Below are positions 29,750-41,765 of a stretch of 64,000 bases of DNA, piece by piece. Source of the stretch: Eledone cirrhosa (taxonomy: Eukaryota). A program made the position numbers and the translations under genes. Under the pieces are notes generated by a model. It had not been told where the DNA came from. It saw only the letters and a list, made by a program, of their open reading frames with translations, and searched no databases. Position 1 is the first letter of the stretch, and every line of letters begins with the position of its first letter. Location: positions 21,638,001 through 21,702,000 of the forward strand of contig OZ024742.1 of NCBI GenBank assembly GCA_964016885.1. The letters are read 5' to 3'.

Positions 29750-30415
29750 AAATATAAATTAGCGAGAATCGTATTTCAGCGCAGGAATTAACGAAAATCA
29801 ACATGCGATATGTGTGGCAAGCGCTCGATGATTCATGTGAATCAGAGCTACACCATACGTTAAGGGCCAAACACACTGAGATGATGGTTAAACATATCAT
29901 CCGCGCAGCCAAAACAAACGACCAAGTAATTCGGGTCAAACAATAAAAATATTTGTGTTGATACTTTCCCGGACCCTGGACTGATGGTAAAATCCAGTAT
30001 TGGTTTCTGCGACTCCAAAATCAGGTACTGTCCGCCTCCATAAAGAATGTCTGGCTTCAGGTAAGATGATGAACAAGGAAGTCGTGTTATCAACGGGTTT
30101 TGTTCTAAGATGATATAGATAAGTGTGTCTATTACTGACCCCACGTGGAGTTCAGCAAGGGAGGCAACACCTCTATTTTGCGAATGATTCAGTTGTGTAT
30201 AATATTGCGAGAATGCAAAATATCACAAATCGTATAAAGCTCTCGACAGAGTGGTTAAATATAACAGAGCTATTCAACAGTCAATAGAAGCAACTAAAAA
30301 AATCAATAAAATTAACTGCTCAATAGCTAGACTCTGGAGATTAATACAAATATAAATTAGCGAGAATCGTATTTCAGCACAGGAATTAACGAAAATCAAC
30401 ATCCGATATGTGTGG
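29750..30415. mobile_element. Non-coding module with ~65 bp terminal direct repeat (period ~598)
   Basis: AAATATAAATTAGCGAGAATCGTATTTCAGC...GATATGTGTGG at 29750 and 30348. Confidence 0.7.
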
Positions 30416-30540
30416 GTAGGAGGTGAGTTTTATTTTAGTACAATAAAGCAATGCAGATATCGGATAAGAAGCACTCTACATATGTTGATTTAAAACTGCA
30501 CTATTCACAAGTGTGTTTTAACCTTCATATCATGTCTCCC

Positions 30541-30611
30541 TATTTTATCTGACGAAAACGCAAATATTATTGCATGATGATATTTGTTTTTGAAATGCAC
30601 ATAATAAAATA
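30541..30611 (+). ncRNA. Type I hammerhead
   Basis: TATTTTAT CTGACGA AAACGCAAATATTA...TGATATTTGTTTTT GAAATGCACATA/ATAAAATA (8 bp stem I). Confidence 0.75.
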
Positions 30612-30650
30612 CATGGAACTCTTTTAACCATCTTTTGATCTTATATATAT

Positions 30651-30733
<83 letters not shown>

Positions 30734-30783
30734 TCAGGAAAATACATGGAACTCTTTTAACCATCTTTTGATCTTATATATAT

Positions 30784-30907
<124 letters not shown>

Positions 30908-30914
30908 ATATTAA

Positions 30915-31205
30915 AATACAAATATCAATAAAATAGATGTTCTTTTGATCAATTACATTTTATTATACATATTTGGGATGTACAACTGTACGTCCTCATC
31001 AAACAAAATATAATGATACATGACATACCCTGAGATGTTAAATGGTTAAGATTTAATCAAGGTAGTGATTAACCCAAGAAAAATTTAACATTTATACCCT
31101 AATAATGAGAAAATGCGAAAACGTAATAAATTCCACAGAGAAAGTGCGAGTAAGAAAAACGTTGCTTAATGTAACAGTTATATAGATATTAAGATGTATG
31201 ATACT
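30915..31205 (-). mobile_element. Module homologous to 46885-47170 with an inactivated HHR (30957-31009)
   Basis: Long sequence match to the 46.9 kb copy; core reads TTGATGA...CAAA. Confidence 0.75.
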
Positions 31206-32420
31206 ATAATTTTTGAATAAAGGGGGGTAATAAGCTGAAGGAGATTTATTTTTGCCGAAAGTTAAACGGTTAATTTTGAAAATATTTAATCTATGGTATT
31301 ATAGAGTGAAGGTTCGAGAATTTTTTTTTTTTTTTTAAATTGCTGGTTATTTATATATTAGTTTTATATATTCTATAAGTGTGTTAACATTTCAAAGCTT
31401 CTGAATTTCATGTGGGTAACATTTATAGGAGTTAGCTAGCCACCATAAGTGAAAGTTTATACTGTTGATTAATTTCCTAATTGTAAACTTTAACAGAGAT
31501 ACTGAGCGTACTAGGTATGTAAAGCTTGTGAATTACTTATTGTTAGAAATATTTAAATAACAATTATGTATATATATATATATATTAATGAGCCAGTATA
31601 TTTTAGGTAGAGGATAAGAAAATAATAGATTGATGCATGTTAAGGTTATATATACAGGGTGTAAATGCATTAATTATTCTTAGTTCAGAGCAAACGTAAT
31701 CAAGAAATTTAGAAGTTAACTAAAAATTTAGAAGTTAACTAAAAATTATATATAGTAATATATAGGGAGGTATATATAGATATATATTAGGTATTAATGG
31801 TACAGCATAGTTTAGGTAGATGATAACGGTTACAATTTTATATAATAAACTTCTACGTGTTACAGTTAAATTCATATATGTATATAAGAGGAAGAATAAT
31901 AAATAATGCATGGATAATTCAGAGTTCAAGATAATATCTATAATTTATAGTTTGGATATTTGCTCTATATTTGAATCATGGATATATAAATGCAGTAGGT
32001 ATATTTAAATAAATATAGAAAATGTAATTACGTACATATTATAATATATTATAAATAAGAGATCAAAAAACGCGTTAAAAAATTCACAGTTATAAATAAG
32101 ATCCGTAAAAATATACGGGTTGGATATTAAACTAAAATTTAAAACTTAGAAAGGAAGATAGATAGATAGATAAAGAAATAAAGAAATAAAAAAAATAATG
32201 GTATTGATCAAAGTTAGTAAAATAATGTTATGTGTGTAAATGTTCAGCATGTTATTGAACAAGAGTCTTTCATTCGAGCGTTGTTTCTTCTATAGATAGT
32301 TATAAGATAAGGGAATATTAATGGCCGGTAATGTTTTTCCTTGTTGATTATATATGTCTGACAACCAAATTTTTAATGGTTTAATGCTAAACTCTCTTTT
32401 TTTTCTAGTTTTGTGGGAGG

Positions 32421-32990
32421 CTAAGTATGTGGATGTAGCTTTGTGGAGGCAACTAGAGAATAATTCACTTTTTTGTTAATTAGGCTCTCATAGTTATTAA
32501 TAATCAACAGGGTCTCCATCGTACAGAGCGAGCAGTTATTTGATATACTAGAGTTGCGGTAAATTCCACAGTTACGAGGTTTTGTCCAAAGATTGGAGTA
32601 TTTTAAATTGTTCTCTTTTAATGAACTTTTAATGAGCTGTGATAAAGAAGTGGATGATTTCCTCTTAGAGTTCGAGAATGAGCATTTATGGTTCGCTAAT
32701 CGGGCTTTGAATGTGGAAGAAGTTGATCCTATGTAGTTGTATGTGTTGTGATCAGTTTTTACGGTGCATTTATAAACCAAATTACTATCTAGACAATTAT
32801 TTTGCAAAGGGCAATCAGTTTTATTTCTACAATTACATTGTGGTTTAGTATCGTTTATGTTAACTCTATTATTAAGATCAATATGCTGGTTTTGTTTTAG
32901 GATTTTATTGTTTAATTTGACAATGTTTTGGGTCATGTTACAGGTTGTAGAATAGGAGAATTTAACGGTATGTCTGTTAAAAATATAATG
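32421..32990 (-). mobile_element. Penelope-like element 3' fragment (GIY-YIG)
   Basis: CNCRNKTDCPLQNNCL...LVYKC...YIGSTSSTFKARLANH...CSLC...LINK. Confidence 0.88.
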
Positions 32991-33349
32991 GTATTTATCT
33001 TGAGCAGGGAAAGAGGTGTCAAGAGCGTTAAAGAAAAAAATCCATAGAGTGCTTCCAATCTACTGTAAAACGCATTCTTTGACATACTCATTGAATCTTG
33101 TTTAAATATAAAAAAAAAAAATATATATATATATGTATATATATACACACATACACCCACACATACACACATACACATATATACATATATATCTACATAT
33201 ACATACATACATACACATACACACACACACATATATATATATACACAGATACATATATATATACATATATACATATATATATATATACATATATATATAT
33301 ACACACATACATGTATATATATACACACACGTATATACATATATATGGT

Positions 33350-33895
33350 GGCTGCCAACTCGTTTTCGAGTACGGCCACTACTTTATATCCATGTAGGAG
33401 AACTCCTACCGATGCGCTGAACGAGTGTGACTTTTTAGTCCAGCCAGCGACTTGAAAACTCTGGTACAAACACTACACTTGTGACAATTATTGACACATA
33501 GTGCTGGGCCCATGGTACCATGTGACGACAAGTGCAGAGATCTCCAGATATAAAGCAATGCCTGTGCCGTGAAGCTTTTATAGTGAGCAAAGGCACTGCA
33601 CAAAGCCAGTCCCACTCTCTTAACCAAGATGATATTTACCAAAAAGAAGAACAAGTCAACATCATTGGATACCATCAGAGTTGCAGGTGTTATATCAGAG
33701 TTTTCCTTCTCCTAGAATTCTGCCTTGACAAAGGCTAAGGGGTCATCTCTCCCGGTGATTTTGGATAGCCATTGACTCTTAAGAGCTTCTTTCACAGGTT
33801 TTGTTTTTAGTCCTGCAGGATGTCCAAAGTCACCCTCCTCACCAAGAAACCTTGGTGGCGTTGCCAGTTTCGTCGCCAACGACCCGACCATGAGA
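33350..33895 (-). mobile_element. Internally deleted LINE (RTE-like): structured 5' end joined to a C-terminal C2H2 finger
   Basis: CSVCTRVFKSLAGLKSHTRSAH near the 3' end; first ~100 nt match 34796-34905 (+). Clade assignment is an inference. Confidence 0.6.
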
Positions 33896-33944
33896 CAGTT
33901 TGTACTGTATATACATATATATACACATATACATACATACATAC

Positions 33945-34009
<65 letters not shown>

Positions 34010-34502
34010 CATACACATACATACATACACATATATACACATATACACACATACATACATACATACATACATACATACATACATACATACATACATACAT
34101 ACATACATACATACATACATACATACATACATACACATATATACATATATATATATATATATGAATAAATTTAGTCCTTCATCAGTGATCTTCCAACCTT
34201 CATTGGTATTTCTGTCCACTCATACTGATGTTAAGTATTGTTCTCAAAATAAATAATATCAAATCTAAGATTTGATATGTGAGATAAAGCCTTTACCATG
34301 AAAATACAATAGGGTTAAATGAGAACTAGTTCATGCTTTATATATATATATATATTACTATCATCACATCTAAACCCATACTAGCGTTGAGTATTAGCAA
34401 TGAGTAATGTGATGTTGGTAGTTCAGTCCTTGGTCCACTTTTTTTATCGTATTACAAGCTATCACTGAGAAGTTTAAAACTGGCACTCTATGGGAATTCT
34501 GG

Positions 34503-34685
34503 TATTTCACAGAACATATGTTCACCGATTTCAGGGACTTGACTCCTTCTTCCTCCCGTTTGACCTGTGCGAAATTCTTTCCTTGCTCACATTTCGACCA
34601 GGTTTGATGGTCTTTATTCTCTCTCGTCCACGATTTCACAGAACTTATATTCATCGATTTCAGGGACTTGACTCCTTCTTCCTCA
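34503..34685 (+). repeat. Direct repeat of ~50 bp, period ~129
   Basis: TTTCACAGAAC...GATTTCAGGGACTTGACTCCTTCTTCCTC occurs twice. Confidence 0.8.
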
Positions 34686-34795
34686 CTTTTCGTTGCATTA
34701 CCATCTTTGATTGTTTACAGTCTCGCTCGTTCCCCTTATTTACGTGTCCCAACGACTTTCTTTAGCCGTTGCTCGCACCAACCGGAGGTATATAC

Positions 34796-35515
34796 TCTCA
34801 TGGTCGGGTCATTGGCGACTAAACTGGCAACCGCACCAAGATTTCTTGGTGAGGAGGGTGACTTTGGACATCCTGCAGGACTAAAAACAAAACCTGTCAA
34901 AGGGCAAAGGAACTCCTGGGAGCTCTTAGAGCTCTTGGAATCAATGGCCATCCAAAACCAGCACGGCCCGCCGAAAGGTGCTGCAGTGCCGGAAAAGTCA
35001 CATTCCCTAACGTTACTTCCTGCTACTAGTATGCTGGTAAGCTAGTACAACGTATCTCCAGACGGATAGAGAGGGTCTGTAGCTTTGGTTATTGACTACT
35101 CTAGTGCTTGCAACACGAACAATTAGGGCGAGGGTATAAATGCCAGGTTGGTATCTGGCGCCGGGTAACCCACCACACGGAGGAGAATGCACCTTCTTCA
35201 AGACTTGGCTGTCAAATTCTTTCACATGTGTGTAGTAGTGGCGCCCACACACATTATTAGCTATTTGAAAAGATGATGGATTTCGCAACTAACTGCACCA
35301 GGGTTCCTGTTGCTCAGGGAACGACACTATATGGTATACCTATTGATATAGGTCCAGCCCCTGCTTTCCCGGGTCCTGTTTCTGATCATAATGATCTCTA
35401 GGGATACGGGAATCAGTAGACAGGACCTGGGGGCAGCGATGGGGGACAGGGAATTGTGTGGCATGAGAGTGAGATCCATCATCTCGACAGTAGTCGAAGA
35501 ATGATGATGATGATA
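34796..35515 (+). mobile_element. GC-richer 5' leader of the same LINE-like family
   Basis: Shares TCTCATGGTCGGGTC...AAAACCTGT with 33795-33895 (-); diverged copies at 58760-58815 and 59400-59505 (-). The 3' limit is approximate. Confidence 0.55.
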
Positions 35516-35605
35516 TAGTCTTTAAAGCGATGAAATACCATTGAAGGTTGGAAGATCACTGATGAAGGACTAAATTTATTCATATATATAAATATATATA
35601 TATAA

Positions 35606-35689
<84 letters not shown>

Positions 35690-35951
35690 CGTACACATAC
35701 AGCGATATGAATACAAACGAACGGCCGCTCATACAAATATATACAAACACACATGTACTCACAAATATACACATATACACAGGTACATAAAAACACCTCT
35801 ACAAGCAGAAAATGCAGATAGGTAAGAGGTACTTACATAACAATAGTGCCGTGTTTCAGGTTGAGGAGGGGTAGGGGTAGGGTGAGAAGGAGGTAGAGAG
35901 GCTATTTTGTCGGCTGTCGTTTAAAAATAAAAAAAAAGGTGGATGCCGTTT

Positions 35952-37805
35952 TTAGCCATCGGGCATTAACACTGGCTTAAGGTATTTGAAAGTTGCAAAG
36001 TTTTTGTGCATGCAGTTCGGGCAGTGTTCAGATAGTTTGTTCAGTAGCGCGCCCTTGGCGAATAAAATTTCGTAGCTCTCTGAGATACAAATTTCGCAGC
36101 ACTTGTGTCCTCCGTTGTATGAGCGCGCTTCTGGAGTATTTTCCATTTAAGCGTGAAGGTGGTGGAGTTCCTTTTGAGGTCCCAAACATAGGAGGCGAGG
36201 GTTGTCTGGTTTGATTTGTCCGGTCCTCTGAAGGAGTGGGTATGGGCATACCACGGTGTCTTAAAGTTATTGGAAGTCATGCCAATGTAAGTCTTTTTGC
36301 TGTTGCAATCATCGGTGCCTGAGATGACATTGCATTTGTATACGATATCATTTGTCAGCAATTTGTTTTCAAGTTGTCAGGCTTCCTTATTTAGGCAATT
36401 ACACAAGGCTCCAGTTCAGGGATTGGGTTCGGAGGTGGTAGGCTTATTTATTTTTTTAGAATTGTGATTGGCTATATTCCTAGCTAGGTTACGTGTGGTG
36501 GACTAGGAGAGTCTTATTGTGTTCTTATTAAAGACGATGTAGTACCTATGTTGTATGGGGAAGTGTGTGTTCAGCAATGTGAAGAAAATACTAGCTATAG
36601 GTGTAGAGACCTCTCTATTGAAGGGAGGGTTGTACCACCTAATCTGCCTATGCCTATTCCTCCTATGCAGTCTTGCGGTGGTTTCTAGGTAGGTTATCTT
36701 TTCTTTAAATCCGCTGCGGACGAGGGCGTCATTGTAGTAGGAGGCAGGGGCGTTAAAAATATCTTCATTAGCAGAGAGGCCAGAGATTCTAATAGGGACG
36801 TTTTTTACTAAGTTATCAGTGATGTTTTGGGGCTGGTTAGAATTAACATTATTATATCTAAGTGACTCATTAGGTTTGTGGTACGGGTAATAGATGGAAG
36901 TATCTAGGTCGAGAGTGACATCTAAAAAGTTGGCCCTAGTCATATTAGATTCTATAGTTATAGTAAATCCTAGATTACGGAAGAACGAGCTTAAGTTTCT
37001 CCGAAACCCATCGGTGGTTCTGGGATTAACCTTGTGCAGAGTGAAGAGGCTGTCGTCTCGGTATAAACCTCCGGTTAGGCCAGTAAAGAGGTTCTTCAGG
37101 TGGTGTAAAATGTACAGGCCCACAAGGTCACTAATTTCAGCCGAGTCACTCGCTCCCATGCAGACGTCAAATGGGGTCTGGGACTTCTTGTTGATCCAGT
37201 AAGATCCAACGTGGTATAGGAATGTCTTACGGGCATGGAGGATAACATCTTGCTCAGCATCGGTTACGGTGGTAAAATTCCTGGCAAAGGCAATTGCGCT
37301 TTCAGGAGGGGCTCCGAGATAGAAGCATAGCAGTTTTCTATGTCGAGTTGCAGGAGGCGAGTGTGGCGTTTGTCGGGTAATTCTTGGAATCAATATATTG
37401 CCTCAGATGTTCTGCTCCAGAGTGGGAGTGGTGAGGCAGCCGCAATGATGGTAGAACTCTATCTAGAATCTTCTTACTGATAGAGCCGATGTCCGAACGA
37501 GTGGGGTTGATAAGTCTCACTTATGGTTTGTTGAGGAAGTTTCCCTTATGGTCCTTCAGGGTAAAGTGCGGGGTCTTTACCTTTAAAGGTTCGGTTATGT
37601 AATTTAAGGGACTTGGCGTTTCTTTTCCGGCCGCGTTTGTCTCAGTCAATGAAATCTGTATTACCTTTTTGTAGGTGGTCTTGATGGCATTTTTTGCCAG
37701 ATTATTGTAGGTCTGTGGGTCTACCTCATAAACGTTTTTGGTTTTATCGGAGGAGACATGAAGATTAGGGGATTTTTTTATATTCCGCAATTCAGTATTT
37801 ATGTA
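35952..37805 (-). mobile_element. Decayed Penelope-like element (RT N-terminus to GIY-YIG), same subfamily as 5205-6570
   Basis: SSDKTKNVY...TLKDHK...RLINPTRSDIG...GASDSAEISDLVGL...LYRDD...NFLDVTLDL...YIGMTSNNFK...CCEIC...CMH, with several stops and frameshifts. Confidence 0.92.
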
Positions 37806-37936
37806 GGCCTGTATACACACATACACATACACATACACACACGCACATATATATATACACATACATATATATACATATATACATATATATACACATATAT
37901 ATATATATACACATATATATATACACACACATATAC

Positions 37937-37967
<31 letters not shown>

Positions 37968-37996
37968 TACATATATATACACATATACATACATAC

Positions 37997-38039
<43 letters not shown>

Positions 38040-38137
38040 TTCATTAGTTAAGAAAAACAAGACCACAAACTTCACAAGGAAGACGTTATTAAAAGATTGT
38101 CAACATATTTTAGTTTGATGTAAGGAATGTAGAGAAT

Positions 38138-38326
38138 AATTGTTTCTACTTTAGGCACAAGGCCAGCAATTATCCAGTGCATTAGTGGTACTTTATTTTA
38201 TCGACCCCGTAAGGATGAAAGGCAAAGTCAACCTCGGCGGGATTTGAACTCAGATCATAAAGGGACGTAACTATGCTTGAAAGCATGGCGTCCGACCCTC
38301 TACCGATACTGCCAATCCACCGCCCT
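38138..38326 (-). mobile_element. tRNA-derived SINE with target-site duplication
   Basis: AAGGAATGTAGAGAATAAT on both sides (38122-38140, 38328-38346). Confidence 0.9.
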
Positions 38327-38384
38327 AAAGGAATGTAGAGAATAATAATAATAATAATATTAATACTAAAATAATAATAATAAT

Positions 38385-39190
38385 CTGAATTTAGAGACCC
38401 ACAGACATGGAACTGGTTGAAAAGAGGAGACCTTAAAAAGGCTACAGAAGGAATGTTAATGGCTGCGCAGGAGCAGGCCCTCAAAACGAAGTGTTTGAAA
38501 CACCATATTTACAAGGAGGGGGCTAGCTCACTGTGCAGGATCTGTGGAGAGAGAGAGGTGACTGTGGCTCACATTGTATCCGAGTATAAACACCTAGCCC
38601 AGACTCACTATAAGGGCTGGAGACATGATGTGATGGGCAGGGTGATCCACTGGCACCTATGCAAAGTAAACAATTTACCACATTCTGAGAAGTGGTATGA
38701 GCATAAGCCAGAGGCGGTGATAGAAAACGATCAGGTGAAGGTGCTGTGGGATTTTAGGATACAGACGGACAAGAAACTGGAACACAATAGACCTGACCTG
38801 CTGGTTGTGGACAAAAGAAAAAAGATCGTGCCTGATTGTGGATGTGGCCTGCCCATTCGACACGAGAGTGCAAGAGAAGGAGAAAATTAGTGCAAGATAG
38901 GGAGAAAATTAACCGATACCAGGACTTAAAGTGGGAGGTAAAAACGATTTGGAACTGCCATGAAGTCAAAGTGTGTCATTGGTGCACTAGGGACTATCTC
39001 TAAAAGTTTCCAGGGATGGTTAAAGAAAATTGGTCCCTTCACGCTTTTTGGAACGCTTCAAAAGGCATGCTTGCTGGCGACAGCAAGAACCCTCCGATAC
39101 GTCCTGAATATCTGAGGCTGTAGGTAGTGGCTTGATATTCATTTCAACAAACTTTCCAGTTAACTAACATCAATGACTGAGACTCAAAGA
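38385..39190 (+). mobile_element. 5'-truncated R4/Dong-like non-LTR retrotransposon (zinc knuckle + restriction-like endonuclease) in (TAA)n
   Basis: WLKRGDLK..TEGMLMAAQEQAL...CRICGEREVTVAHIVS...RHD...LWDFRIQTDK.LEHNRPDLLVVDK...(frameshift) IVDVACPFD...RYQDL...LQKACLLATARTLRYVL; stop at 39113-39115; (AAT)n on both flanks. Confidence 0.88.
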
Positions 39191-39538
39191 ATAATAATAA
39201 TAATGAATATTTCCAGCTCTGCACACCTAACTTCTGCATGAACCCAGCCACCTAGCTGCTTTCTACTGCATATTGCACATTGCGCACATGCCTTTACGCT
39301 TTGGCTTCTAACTAACTCACCAATCTCTCCTCTCATATCTCCTCTACTATCTCCATCTCTCTCTTTAAGATTGGTTATTCTTGAACTGTGTGTATATATA
39401 TATATACATACATATATATATATATATACATACATACACATACATACATATACACATATATACACATATACACACATACAGCATATATAGATACACATAT
39501 ATATACGTATATACATATATATATATATATATATATAC

Positions 39539-39640
<102 letters not shown>

Positions 39641-40152
39641 ATATGCAATTCTCTGTTTCTCTCTTTCTCTCTTACTGCTCCCTCGTTCTCTCTGTTTCTC
39701 TTACTTTCTTTCGTCCCCTCTGTCAGTTAACACTTTCTCTCGACTGACCTCTTCCTCGCACTTCCACTCACTCACTCTCTGTTTCTACCCTTCTTACTTC
39801 CTCCCGTTCGCTAGGAGTCAGATTTTCCTTCTTTCTCACATCTCACTCACAGCGAAAGGTCTGTTTCCTACACGCTCATGAATTCACCCAGTTTATACTG
39901 ATCGAATAACCATGTTGCTTGTTTTTTCTTCCCATCTTCGGTTAGCCTTCCCTTCGTGTTGTTTACTTGTCTCACTCGCTTTACGCGTTTCACTTGTCCC
40001 AATAACTTATTTTAGTTATTGCTCGCACCAACGTGAGGTATATGATTTTTAATGCGATGATATACCAATGATCGTTGGCAAATCACTGATGAGGGACTAA
40101 TTTTATAATATATAATCCATGTGCAACCATGCAGTATTCTTCTCCCCATATT

Positions 40153-40233
<81 letters not shown>

Positions 40234-40321
40234 CATACACATACATACATATATACATACATACACATACATGCATATATATATATATATAAAATTCGCT
40301 CTACATGGCTGAATACAATAA

Positions 40322-40490
40322 ACGTAATCTGAGTTTTTCGAATATTAATAACATTCGATTCGTTTGCAATTATGCAAACAAGCCTAATTTTTAACGCAGT
40401 TCTGTTTACATGCCAACACAAGTGCAAGAATGAAGGGTTCATTCTACTGACATCAAATGTTATTATTAATATTCGAAAAACTCAGATCAC
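40322..40490. repeat. Rearranged/inverted copy of the 19093-19200 module
   Basis: ATCTGAGTTTTTCGAATATTAATAACATT versus AATGTTATTATTAATATTCGAAAAACTCAGAT. Confidence 0.75.
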
Positions 40491-40509
40491 ATTTATATAT
40501 GTACGAGTA

Positions 40510-40598
<89 letters not shown>

Positions 40599-40770
40599 TG
40601 AGTATGTGTTGGTTGTTTACTGACAAGTCAGTATGCAGGTTGGAGCTCTCAATGAGTGCGCAGGTTGGTTTGTTCACTCCGGAGTAATGTAAAATGTTAT
40701 ATATATATATATATATATAGAATAAAAAAAAGCGAAGTAGTTTCAGATGTTCAAGTCCTTTAACAATAAT

Positions 40771-40844
40771 GCTGTGATATATATTTCAATGACGACACTG
40801 GCCACACTGTTCTGTGTGCGAGTGTCGTGTCATCATCAGACAGC
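40771..40844 (-). ncRNA. Type I hammerhead (intact)
   Basis: Reverse complement of 41369-41442. Confidence 0.82.
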
Positions 40845-41368
40845 TTGTTACATAATAAGGTTATGTTTCCGAGGCAATCCAAATTGAATCGACATGGGAA
40901 CGGATGAAGCTCGTGCTTTTGGGTTTTTCATCCGTTCCCTTGTGAGTACCAATTCACCCCCATCGGCCTGCGCAAGCGCACGTTCGAAGGAAGTTGACCA
41001 TTACCCACCGCAGATTTCAACGAAATTCGCTGTCAATTCTCCCTCTCAGCCAAAACAATGGCCCACCTATGCCTTACCAAAGTTTACTGCTACCCATCAC
41101 GACTGTGGCAGTCAGCCGAAAGCCAGAGGGTATGGGAGGGTGTTAGTTTTTATAGGTCATAATACTACCTTTCACTAAGCGTTGACAGCAAGACTGACTA
41201 TCAACTCATAAGGGAAAATAAACTTAATTCTATGCGCTTGCGCAAACCCGTGGGGGTGAATTGGTACTCACAAGGGAACGGATGAAAAACCCAAAAGCAC
41301 GAACTTCATCCGTTCCCATGTCGATTCAATTTGGATTGCCTCGGAAACATAACCTTATTATGTAACAA

Positions 41369-41442
41369 GCTGTCTGATGATGACACGACACTCGCACACA
41401 GAACAGTGTGGCCAGTGTCGTCATTGAAATATATATCACAGC
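41369..41442 (+). ncRNA. Type I hammerhead (intact)
   Basis: GCTGT CTGATGA TGACACGACACT...AGTGTCGTCATT GAAATATATATC/ACAGC. Confidence 0.82.
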
Positions 41443-41564
41443 ATTATTATTAAAGGACTTGAACATCTGAAACTACTTCGCTTTTCCTTATTCGATATTT
41501 ACTCCGTCACTCCTATGTGGAAAAAGTACGTTGAGTGCTTGAAATGAATTGCATCAATGTTTAC

Positions 41565-41765
<201 letters not shown>

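Larger units (their letters stand above)
40722..41490. mobile_element. Young fold-back module (~255 bp near-identical arms) in (TA)n
   Basis: 40727-40960 is inverted at 41252-41485. Confidence 0.9.

Noticed and set aside
35530-35585. CTGATGA motif (also 34170 minus and 40086) as a hammerhead
   Set aside because: No downstream GAAA or stem III, and no stem I in a type II reading; at most a truncated remnant.
40722-41490. Interpretation of the fold-backs as DNA-transposon MITEs
   Set aside because: Arms contain HHRs, and in families with several copies the inversion points differ between copies. This fits PLE-type inverted insertions better than fixed TIRs, though it is not excluded for single-copy cases such as 63582-63907.
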